DNA of 64,000 nucleotides from Haliotis cracherodii. Taxonomy: Eukaryota. The stretch's first letter is position 1; each line of letters starts with the position of its first letter. The notes under the pieces are model-generated. The model saw only the letters and a program-made list of their open reading frames with translations, was not told where the DNA came from and made no database searches. The position numbers were made by a program, and so were the translations under genes. Positions 39,441 through 50,504 of this stretch are shown piece after piece. The DNA lies in the NCBI RefSeq assembly GCF_022045235.1, contig NW_027266297.1:30132001-30196000 (forward strand), written 5' to 3'.

Positions 39441-41870
39441 ATGGGGAAAAAAGAGATCAGAACCCAGGGTAGGTTCACAATGGAGACACGACAAGACAAC
39501 GTTGTGATTCCTTCATTTATAGATATTACAGTCAAACTGCAAAATGCGTAGTCGAATGCAATAAATGCCTCGGTGTCCATTCCTATTTCAATGAAAACAT
39601 CGGAATTTAGTTTTGAAAACATATAATAAAACACCACATAAAACATATGTAAAGGTGCATTTAAAAATATAAATATTAGATGACCCTTAAGATATCTAAC
39701 ATGATCATAAAGCGTCAGTGTCACTTTTCTATTGACTGTTTTGCTGACAATCTGTTCTTTGGCTTTTTTTCAGATGTAGGCGAAAAACTGCGTTCAGTCT
39801 GGCAAAAGGTCAAGAGGTTTTTCTGCCTAAAATGGGGTAAGCGAACATCTTGTAAATATTTTGATAATTTAGTTACATTTTAAATAACCTTAATCCCATA
39901 AATTAAATGACATAATTGGAAAGTTCTTAAAAAACGTTGTGTGGATTGTGCAAACTCCCCAGCAGAAGCAGATTCCGTGTTGGCGTAACGAGTGAGTGAG
40001 TGAGTGATACACGAACTTGAAAAGAATGTTCTGATTGACAAGAACCTGGTAAATATCTGTTTTCAGCAAATTTAAAGGCGACCTTTGCGGGAAGACAGAA
40101 AATAAAGGCAAAGCTGCTGGTCACTGAAGCAAATGATGACCTTGACCTTGATGATGAGAGCAAAGACGTGGTCGGAACCAGCATGGTTTTGTCGGTTACA
40201 TTTGAGAGTCAAGGTAACTTTACACTCATAAACATAAGACCTGTCTACACGTACCTATGAAGTCATGGTATCTGAGTGAGTGAGTGAGTGAGTGAGTGAG
40301 TGAGTGAGTAAGTGATGGTTTAACGCCGCTTTGGACATCACGGTGTGTCCACTTGACGTGGGAGGAATGATTCAGGCCTTTGGTGAGACCCACCAGCATG
40401 GGAATAGTACAAACCTAGAAACATAATGAGCACGAATCTGGAATTCGAACCCATGATCACTCATTTCCGGCCCACCTAACGGGAAACGCCTGGTTTCCGG
40501 CCCACCTAACGGGAAACCCCTGGTTTCCGGCCCACCTAACGGGAAACCCCTGGTTTCCGGCCCACCTAACGGGAAACCCCTGGTTTCCGGCCCACCTAAC
40601 GGGAACCCTCTGGTTTCCGGCCCACCTATCGGGAAACCCCTGGTTTCCGGCCCACCTAACGGGAAACCCCTGGTTTCCGGCCCACCTAACGGGAACCCTC
40701 TGGTTTCCGGCCCACCTAACGGGAAACCCCTGGTTTCCGGCCCACCTAACGGGAAACCCCTGGTTTCCGGCCCACCTAACGGGAACCCTCTGGTTTCCGG
40801 CCCACCTAACGGGAAACCTCTGGTTTCCGGCCCACCTAACGGGAACCCTCTGGTTTCCGGCCCACCTAACGGGAACCCTCTGGTTTCCGGCCCACCTAAC
40901 GGGAAACATCTGGTTTCCGGCCCACCTAACGGGAAACGCCTGGTTTCCGGCCCACCTAACGGGAAACCTCTGAACAGCGAATTGACGACACGTCCACTAC
41001 TGCCCCAATTTCAATGAGACCTGTGTTGACCTTTTAGCACTTCAACAGAAATGTATCGGTGCATCACTATCTTAATGTGATGGTACTCATTTTCTATTTC
41101 TGTTGGCAGAAGAACACGAGTGGATACGAAGACAGTTCAGCACTTCATTTAAGTCATCGCGCGGTTCCAGGGACGAGTTCCTCAATCAGCTGATCCAGCT
41201 TCACAGTACATACGGAGTTCAGGTGCAGCAAATCTACACTAAAGCTGACAAAGCAGACATCGCAGCATCAACTGTCGGGCTTATATCCTCCATGTTGGGC
41301 TTCGTTGGTTTTGGATTGACCTTTGCCACCTTTGGAGCGAGTCTGATCATCTCGCTGGCGGGTGCTGCTGTAGGTGTTGTGTCAGGCTGTGCCTCCTTTG
41401 CTATTCACCGAAAAAGAATGGCAGCCAAAAAGGAAATGTGGAAACAGATCAAAGCCAAGACTGATCAATTCAACCAGGAAAATGAAAGGCTTTTACACAT
41501 ACTTTCGGAGGCTGAATATTTTGGTTTGGTTACATCGGGTGTCTCGGGAATGATTGAGGGGCCAATACAAGTTGGGCTGGGGGCACTTCAAGTGGCCAAG
41601 AGTGAGGAATTTCTTCCATTTGTTGCTGATGTTGGGGCTACCTCTGCTAAAGCATCTAAGGGTCTGACGGCTGGAGGTAAAGTGTTGTTCTATGGTGGCT
41701 TTGTCTTCAATGTTGTGTGTGCAGTTATTGACGCTTGTACAATCGTCAACAACTCTAAGCGACTTATTAAAGGCGACCTGTGCGACCAGGCTCGGGCACA
41801 TAAGGACTTAGCACGTGTCTATCAACAGTTACGTGATTCGGGAGAATCTGCTCAGGAGTGCTTGCTGTAA
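39441..41870 (+). CDS. Apolipoprotein L-like protein, paralog 1 (exons 39441-39468, 39774-39836, 40067-40213, 41110-41870; 332 aa)
   Basis: GT-AG phase-1 introns join in frame (999 nt). ApoL-like hydrophobic hairpin ADIAASTVGLISSMLGFVGFGLTFATFGASLIISLAGAAVGVVSG and C-terminal VIDACTIVNNSKRL. The first three coding exon sizes match paralog 2. Confidence 0.75.
39774..39836 (+). CDS. ApoL-like paralog 1, coding exon 2
   Basis: ttttcag acceptor and gtaagc donor; 63 nt as in paralog 2; VGEKLRSVWQKVKRFFCLKW. Confidence 0.7.
40067..40213 (+). CDS. ApoL-like paralog 1, coding exon 3
   Basis: ttttcag/gtaact; 147 nt; NLKATFAGRQKIKAKLLVTEANDDLDLDDESKDVVGTSMVLSVTFESQ, homologous to 46256-46402. Confidence 0.8.
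40461..40970. repeat. 30-bp hairpin minisatellite, 17 copies, inside a SINE in ApoL-like intron 3
   Basis: Unit tggtttccggcccacctaacgggaaacccc. Confidence 0.95.
41110..41870 (+). CDS. ApoL-like paralog 1, large terminal exon
   Basis: ORF-track 255-aa frame; acceptor tggcag ending 41109. Confidence 0.85.
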
Positions 41871-42323
41871 GGACCGATTAAACACAAGAGGATACATTTA
41901 ACAAGAAGTGAAAAGGGTCTGGATGGACATTTCCTCAACATATGTAACAATTCTGGGACTTTTGTTGGAGGCAGTATATTTTTTAGTCAGTCGGGAACAA
42001 ATTGTTGGTACACACCCCACACCTAACCAAGAGGAAGGACCACTTATGCTCGTGGTCTGTCAGCACTATTCCCGTGTATTTTAGACCTGCATTCCTTTTC
42101 ATTTTGATCTTTTCGTCCACCTCAAGCTGACACACCATGAAAAACTGAACTACTTTGGCACCCAATCTTGTCCACGGTATTCTGGACAATCTTTCTTGTT
42201 CAGAACACAGACGAGCCTAGCCATGGATTGAGCGGAGGTGGAAAAAAAACCCTGTAAATACTGCATATGTTACTCGGCCAATAAATTGGGAATGTGAAGC
42301 TATATTACTTTGTTTGATCATCT

Positions 42324-42631
42324 GGCCTCACATTTATTTTCTTTGCTTAGTTTACGGATCCGTCGACTTAAAAATAACAAATTCAGATCACGTTTTACGA
42401 TGCCGATGGTAAAGTTCGCTTTGATAATAAACAATCAAAGGAAGTTTTATGACTAAAACAGAAATTGTTCAACAATAAATCACCGTTTTGTTTATCACTT
42501 TACCGATTCAAATTAAACTTTAAGATGATTAAAACACTCCCGTACAGTGCTTTTTATTTTAATTTATTATTCGACCTATCGGTCAAATGTTTCACAAACG
42601 AAATCCGTAAATCAAAAAGGAAGTCTGGCCT
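42324..42631. mobile_element. Degenerate MITE
   Basis: ggcc...tttacggatc and atccgtaaa...ctggcc imperfect inverted ends. Confidence 0.45.
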
Positions 42632-42715
42632 TACCTAACCTTGCAGTCAACAATAACCCAGCTATATAAAAGATGTCTGTATATGGGCCTATAGCGGTTG
42701 GTTGCATGACCAACA

Positions 42716-42970
42716 GACCCTTGAAGATCCGGGGTAGAAAAGGTCTTCAGCAACCCATGCTTGCCGTTACAGATGACTACGAATGCTTGTCGTAAAAGGC
42801 AACTAACGGGATCGGTCAGGATTGCTGACTAGGTTGATGCATGTCATCGTATTCCAATTGCGTGTGTCATGATATCAATAACTGTTCGGTACAGACTCGA
42901 TTATTTACAGACCGCCGTCATATAGCTGGAATATTGCTGAGTGCGGAATAAACAACAAAGAAACAAACAA
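42716..42970 (+). mobile_element. Retroposon family C
   Basis: TSD catgaccaac. Confidence 0.88.
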
Positions 42971-43221
42971 AACATGACCAACGCTCCACGCCATCGGGGC
43001 ACAATCACACACAATATTGTTGCATGTAGCCATGGTCGCAACTGTAACTAACTCTCTAAAAGTAAGGGTACATGTAGATCAGTTATTGCCTATCATATCT
43101 GTAAAGGCGTTGATCACTTACTATTTTGACAAACAGAATAGTTTTCGTTCAGTTTCAAGACATGCCAAGACATACGTTTTCGTCTCAAACCTGAGGCAAA
43201 GTTATTTTCCTAGTGTAATCT

Positions 43222-43361
43222 GGGGCGGTCGGGTAGCCTAGTGGTTAAAGCGTTCGCTCGTCACGCCGAAGACGTAGGTACAATGTGAGAAGCCCATTAC
43301 TGCCGTCCCCCGCCGTGATAGTGCTGGAATATTGCTAAAAGCGGCGTAAAACCATACTCAC
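43222..43361 (+). mobile_element. SINE family A with B box deleted
   Basis: Head and tail match family A. Confidence 0.85.
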
Positions 43362-45303
43362 TTTAGTATAATCTGGAACACATTATTGTTTATTACAAAT
43401 ACTGGGGCCCAGATACCTCCAAAACAATCTCTGTGTTGCTATCTGTGTTGAAATATGGGAGATTCCATCGTCCCGCGGCAAAGGTATTAACTGAATTTAT
43501 AAGCATAAGCTCAGATTGCTTTTGTCGAATAGGGCCCAGCACACACAATGACATACGCTGCAGGCACTGCATTTATATAAAGGGCCGCTCTGGCATCTCA
43601 TATTACGGAATTCCCGGTGTGAAGATATTAATAGGCCCACGTCAGTTTGCCGATATTCATTTTACGGACTGTCCAAACAAAGAGAGTCAGATGTGGCACT
43701 TTAAGTATCCCCATACCTGCTAATACAATACGTTTACATTCCCACATTGACGCTCTGCATGCTAACGACAAAGGATATCTACACCCTCTGTCTGGTATAC
43801 GAACAAATCTAGCATTGGAAAAGGCAGATCGCAGTCACTCACGGCGTCTAAACATCGAGTGAATGTAAAGTCGTGGATTTATCAGTGTAGGTGCCGTCTT
43901 GAGGTAAGCAACGCCTAGTTTCTAGTTCCAAAGAGTGTGCTATAATATCTTCACACTCTGCTCCGAATTTATTTGTGAACATTGTTAAAGACATCGGACA
44001 TCCCACTTCATATGCGGATCACGGAGTATTACACAAATACATATTAACAAATACATAAGCATAGGCTTATAAAAAAACCATAACAAAATAACGACCGTCT
44101 TTGACCGTGTTACTGAGGTATTAGCTACACAGTACTGCCAGACATCTGATATTGATCGACAGTGGTCTTGTTCTGCTCCAAATGACGCAGTCTAGCGGGG
44201 TCCGTAACATACATATCAGTTACCTTTTACGCCGCAATGATTCTCTTTCACAAACTGTAAACAGTGAGTATGTCTTGTGTAGCCCCAATACACCTAATGC
44301 CAAAGCAATGGAGGATACAGACATATACTCCCCTCCCCATTTCACTCTCTCCTCGTCATATAATGAATACATTATTCGTCGCTGGTCTTTGTCTGGTTCC
44401 ATTGTCTATAGTTAGTAGAGTCGGTGAACACTCGAATGATCGTGGTCAGCATGGCTGAAGATTTGAATTCGGCTGAATGTATGTGGATGTGAGAGCATTA
44501 ACAGCTGCAACTTTGTCAGCGGAGGAGACAGTTTTGATCAGTGAGTTCTTTCGTCTTAAACAGTATCACGTGTCACCTTGACATATGTACAGGGGCGACA
44601 ACTCTGTCTTGTATACCCAGGCTGGTGAGACTGGTTCTTGTAGCCGTATTGTCGACATATCTTTTATTTTCCTGGAGCTGGAATACTGTGGAAATGACTA
44701 ATGTGACATGTGTATTTAAGTGAAAAGTCAAGTTTAATTTCCTATTCAGGAAATAAAGATTTACAAGGTACCTTCATTAAAACTTAAAATATTGATGTAT
44801 GTATCCTTCATCGTTTATTGTTTAATATTTGTTTGTTTCCCCGCGTGTGGGTCTTTCTAATTATACAATTGTATCAAATGTGTCATGTTTTTGTTGTAAA
44901 TGAACCAATAGCATGGATTTGTTTTCTTATTCCACAATTAGTTTTAGTTCGGTTGACTTTGAGCAATGTGTTTGTATGTAGGGTAGACAGCAACAAACTC
45001 CCCCTCCCCTGGCTGTAAGAGACACAACAGAAATTTAAAAAACGAACTCATTTTCAGTGTACTCGTTGCCATGTAATGTTCTTGAGAATTGGTCAGTTTG
45101 TTGAAAGTCTTACATTCGGTTGCTTATAGGCCTTCAACGTGTGTCAGGCTCCCCTTTCTGTCTCATAAATACTCCAAAAGTAGGTTCTAATACATCTTTC
45201 TTTCATTAATCTTTTATTTGCAAGGGTTACATTCACGGGCAGTCTTGTACTTCGTTTACAGAAGCAACACCCTTGATTACAACACCTGCAACAGACATTT
45301 ACT

Positions 45304-47412
45304 ATGGGTAACAACGGGAGCCGAGTCCGAGGTAAGACCGGATGTCGTTTCCGAATAATGTTCCTCACATGTTAAAGTTATTATCCAATCATCACAGCAA
45401 ACTATTTCATTATCATATACATGTACAGCGGTATAACTCCTATTTCTATATTCTAACACCCGGGATAATGCCTTCCTTGAACATCAGCGGAATTGGCGAT
45501 TTATATAATTCGGGATCAAAGTTAATGTTGATTTCTTAGTGTAATATTGAAACCAACGTCATCACGCAATAAACTGATTATTTGCTTATAAAACATCCCA
45601 ATACTCCATTCCTTCCGCGGGGACATCCCAATAGATCCTTCCTCCTAGCGACTGAATTAGATATAGTTGATCAGTTACGTGCTTAATTACGCGTCATATC
45701 CTGGCGACATCGGAGGTTGCTCATAATATCAACCACTGGTTTTTGACACAGACTCCATTATTTACAGACCGTCATGGTGTTGCTGGAATGTGTTTGGCGT
45801 TAAAACATTTACTCACTCAATATGCCGTCCTATGATCGTTTGATTTTATTCTAAATCCACTCTGTCTAGTTCACCCATAGTGTATATATATCCTTCTTTT
45901 CAGCAATAAAAAAGTGTGTCCTTTCTGCCACTAAAGCAGTTAAAAGATATGTCCTTGTAAAATGGGGTAAGTGAATTTGCAACTTTACCTGTGACAATTT
46001 CACATATAACCAGGAGTAATAGCTATACAAATTGAAGGCACTTAATAAAACAATCTTAGCGCCAGCTAATGCTGATTGCACCGGCCTTCACAAGCACAGT
46101 CAGAGAGCAAATTACATGATCGTGGACATACTGTAAACCCTCTTGAAACACCTAAATATGTCCTTTGAAAATGTATTTTATTGGAATTCTGAATATCAAA
46201 ACACGAAGGGGTCGAGTTTACTGCCGAGTGTATATGCAGTATTGTTCTTCTACAGCAAACTTCAAGGCATTTTTTGTTGGAAGAAAGAAAATGAAAGCGA
46301 CCCTACTTGTTACTGATGCTACTGATGACCTTGACCTTGAAGAGGAGAGCACTGACTTGGTTGGAACTAACATGGTGATGACGATTACATTTGAGAGTCC
46401 AGGTAATGTTATAGTCCCAAAGTGATAAGGTCCTAGAGGTTTTACCACTTTGGTGAAACCTCAGCACGGACTTGGTTCTGACAAACAAAGAATCATATTT
46501 GGGGGAATCGACAAATCGAACATCAGATTCTGTCACGACAAAGTGGCACGTTGCACAGCGAGTTGTTGCAACGGAAATCTAAAAACATTACGTTCCAACT
46601 GTATATTTCAATTAATCGAAATAATCTGTTTGCTTGTAGATGAACTTGAATGGATACGGAGACAGTTCACGGCTTCCTTTAAGTCTACGCGGGGATCCAG
46701 GGACGAGTTTCTCAATCATCTGATCCAGCTTCACTATACATACGGCGTAGAGGTAGAGAAAATCTACTCTGATGCTGACAAAGCAGACATTGCCGCAGCA
46801 ACTGTCGGGATGATATCCTCCATATTGGGCTTCGTTGGTTTTGGATTGGCCTTTGCCACCTTTGGAACGAGTCTGATTGTCTCGCTGACGGGTGCTGCTG
46901 TAGGTGTTGTCTCAGGATGTACATCCTTTGCTATTCACCGAAAAAGAATGGCAGCCAAAAAGGAAATGTGGAAACAGATCAAAGCCAAGACAGATCAATT
47001 CAACCAGGATAACGAAAGACTTTTACACATACTTTCGGAGGCTGAATATTTTGGAATCGTCACTTCGGGTGTCTCAGGAATGATTAAAGGTCCGATAAAA
47101 ATTGGACTGGAGGCATTTGAAGTGGCGCAGATTGATGAAGTTCTTCCGATTCTGGCAGATGCTGGGACTACAGCAGCAAAGACATCTAAATCTGTGGTTA
47201 AGGGGTTATCAGCGTTTGGAGAAGTGTTGTTCTATGGTGGTTTTGTCTTCAACGTCGTGACTACAGCTATCGACGGCTATACAATTATCAAAAACTCTAA
47301 AAGACTTATAAAGGGCGAGCTTTGCGACCAGGCTCAGGCACATTATGACATTGCTCATGCCTATGAACAGTTTCGTGACTCAGGGTCGTCAAGTCAAGAA
47401 TGCTTGCTGTAA
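45304..47412 (+). CDS. Apolipoprotein L-like protein, paralog 2 (exons 45304-45331, 45904-45966, 46256-46402, 46640-47412; 336 aa)
   Basis: In-frame GT-AG splicing (1011 nt); N-terminus MGNNGS; strong similarity to paralog 1; same ApoL-like motifs. Confidence 0.78.
45904..45966 (+). CDS. ApoL-like paralog 2, coding exon 2
   Basis: cttttcag/gtaagt; 63 nt; IKKCVLSATKAVKRYVLVKW. Confidence 0.7.
46256..46402 (+). CDS. ApoL-like paralog 2, coding exon 3
   Basis: ctacag/gtaatg; 147 nt; NFKAFFVGRKKMKATLLVTDATDDLDLEEESTDLVGTNMVMTITFESP. Confidence 0.8.
46640..47412 (+). CDS. ApoL-like paralog 2, large terminal exon
   Basis: Homology to paralog 1 starts exactly at acceptor ttgtag (46639); the first ~63 aa of the 320-aa track ORF are intronic. 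Confidence 0.85.
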
Positions 47413-49150
47413 AGGCCATATAGAGGCGGCAGTCACCGTGAAAATTCCGGGTTAGAAATGGTCTTCAGCAACCAATGCTTGTCGTAAAAGGCGACTAACG
47501 GATCTGGTGGTCAGGGACGCTTGACCAATTGAGTATATAACTGGTAGATTATTTACAGACCGCCGTCATGTGACTGGAATATTGCTGCGTGCTGCCTTAA
47601 ATTACACATACATAAACAAACAAACAAAGAGGGGACAGACAAACGTGAACGATGCCAATGCTATCAGTTTGTGGCGAGATGAAAAGTGCTTCCCTTCATC
47701 ACACAGACAACAGTTAATCTCCATTGTACTGTTCCAACAGTATCATGAGCATGTGTTTATGAATCACTCTCAAATAATGATCCATCATTCAAGGTGTCCA
47801 TGAAAAGGTGAAGCAAATATAAAATCAGTCCAGTGAGCGAGTGGCTGTTATAACCTACCACCAAGGTCATGTACAGAGTAGAGGCTACATTATGCTGTTT
47901 GACAGCATCTACCTAAACATATTTACAATCCAATGTATAGTTGCATATTTAACAGCTCATCAATTAGGTGCAATGTGATGTTGATGAGCTCATATGTCGG
48001 GAATCGAACCGGGGTCTTCAGCGTGACAAGCGAACGCTTTACCCGCTAGGCTAACCGACCGCCCCTCCAACTTTGGGAAAATCCACGGGCACAAGTATGA
48101 TGCTAAGAAACCAAGAAACAATTGATGTGAATCTAGTATTTGAACCAATGAGCATAGCTTTCTGGCAATCCCAAGGGATGCAATTCTGCACAGCGAACTG
48201 CCACTGCCATAGACTATAAGACCACCTGTGCAACAACAATTAAGGATGAGCCTTTTACCTCTTTGGTGAATCACATGAGCATGGGAATTGTTCTGACAAA
48301 CCAAGGACTTTAAGTAGGTCAATCTGGGATTAGAACATGCAGTCATCCTAACCTCCGAACAACTCTGAGATGCAACTGTAAATGAAGGATGTGTGGATAT
48401 CTTCCAATAAATCTGATGTCAGTTTTGTGAAGTGATTCACCTTCATTTACAGGATTTTTCTTTGTTTGGTGTTGGAGAAATGCAACCTCAGCTGACAGAG
48501 ATTCTTATCTCGTTGATTGAAACACACGACTGAAACAATAGTTAGTACAGATAAAAAAAGCACTGCCCTTGTTGTACTCCATTTGGTACTGTCCAATCAT
48601 GTTCCATTTTGGAAACACAATGTGCAGCTCCAAAAACTTTGCTCGATCCGATTGATAATCTTCATGATGATTATTTTGTTACAAAGTTCACATCTTATGA
48701 CCTCCAAATGGAGGGTTTATCAGATCTTGACGGACACTGATGGAGAGGTGTTTAACTGGAAATAAGACATCTCACTCATATTCGCGTGTCAAATTTAACT
48801 AAAGATAATAAACAGAAGAGTAAAGAGAAAATAGATTTTCAAACATGCTTGAAACAGCTTCAAACTCTAATGGAATTGATACGAAGTTCATCAAATTATT
48901 GTAATTACAATTACAGTATACTACAGTTATAATGATCTCAAAGGGACCACCAAGGTTAGTTCATTATTACCGTAGTTCAGTATATGCATATGTACAACAC
49001 ATATATAGAGCAAATGGACGGGACTGAAAAATACAAACAGTTTCTTTAAATCTGTCAGTTATCAGCGTGTTCGTTATAAATGTGGTGTTCTGTACATTGT
49101 TTTATAAGAAGGTTGTTTATATTCATGAAAAGCTACAAAATGCCAGAAAG

Positions 49151-49156
49151 TTTATT
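49151..49156 (-). terminator. Candidate SMC2 polyadenylation signal (AATAAA)
   Basis: tttatt on + about 1.1 kb past the stop, at the end of a repeat-free AT-rich stretch; another candidate near 49265. Confidence 0.35.
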
Positions 49157-50285
49157 CAAATAATTCATACTGTTTGAGTAACTACAGCACCAACATGTCT
49201 GACATCGGAACTGTTTCACACCTAAAATATATAACAGAAGTCCGTAATAGGTACCATCTCATTATTTATTTTCTCCACTGAATGTATTTTTTAAATTATG
49301 TCTTGACAAAATACCTATACAAATGACACTGACTCCATTAACATTGGACGTATTGACTTAAACAGAACTGAAAGTTACATGAATCAGAGATCTTAAGACA
49401 CTTTGAGATGATTAATTTTCTTGATTATGTGCAAAAGCTTTCAAACCAAATCAGTGAAAGATCCATCGACATGATTATATGACAGTGACAGAGTGATAGA
49501 CACAGATTAGGGTGAACTAGGGTGAAAGAAGTGACAGACATGGTTCTATTTACAAATGATACAAACCGATGATATAATGCTACACAAGGAACTCTCCATA
49601 GATGGACAAATACAGTCATATTTATGACAGCAGTTTTACGAAATTATTACCAGCGTATGACTGTTTTAATGTGAAAGAGATCACACATTACACAGTTCTC
49701 CCATTTCCCCTGCTGGCACAATCCATTTTAAAATTCTTTTCAATGCAAAACTGTACTGACTGAATTTCAAAGAATTTTCAGTGTTTCGGTCAATACACCT
49801 TCTGACAAAATGATAGCATCCGTTCATATATCACCCCCCAAAATGTGGCATAAAAGGTGAAAACTATTCAGGCACACCACCAGACTACATGATTAAAAGA
49901 TGGTCATATGTCTCACTTCAAATGTTTCAGAATTTACATTTCTAGATCAATCTAAGAAAATTGATGTTAGAAAATAAAAAACTGAAAAGAAATGAGTTAA
50001 TGATAATCAGTTCTCTTTTGAAATCGTGTTGCATGATAAAAGTTAAATTAGAAAAAACATTTCCTGATATAAAACATTTTGGCAGTCCTATGTATTTCTT
50101 GGTGCAAAACTTTCTTCATTTCATCCAAGATTTAAGTACCTATGGCTAAACATTCACAAGTGCAATAGACTGTTTCAGTTTTCAACATACTGGTAACCTT
50201 GAAACGTCCACACTGTCATTAATGATAACTGATATATACAATTAGCACTTGTACACAAACAACAAGTTATCCAGATCTTGTATTT

Positions 50286-50504
50286 CTAAAAGCCTGGAGT
50301 ATCTTCTATCCTTGTTCGCTTTGATGTCGCCCTTTTCTTGCCTCCTGTTTTCTCGTTTTCCTTGTCATTAATGCCTGATGTGGTTGATCGCGATGACGTA
50401 TGTTGTACATGCCGTGATACTGTGGAAACTCCATCAACAAACTTGGTCTTGTACAGTACATTAGCATTGTTGAACATACCATCCTTGAGGGAGACGACGA
50501 TGAA
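50286..50504 (-). CDS. SMC2: SMC2 last coding exon
   Basis: [31 protein letters not shown]...TPGF*. Confidence 0.95.
   Translation of the reverse strand, partial: FIVVSLKDGMFNNANVLYKTKFVDGVSTVSRHVQHTSSRSTTSGINDKENEKTGGKKRATSKRTRIEDTPGF

Noticed and set aside
40457-40970. CRISPR-like palindromic 30-bp repeats and the 150-aa PVRWAGNQ ORF
   Set aside because: Head-to-tail units with no spacers and no cas genes, in a eukaryotic intron; derived from a SINE.
46450-46639. N-terminal 63 aa of the 320-aa ORF
   Set aside because: Intronic (degraded SINE B-like sequence); paralog homology begins at the acceptor.
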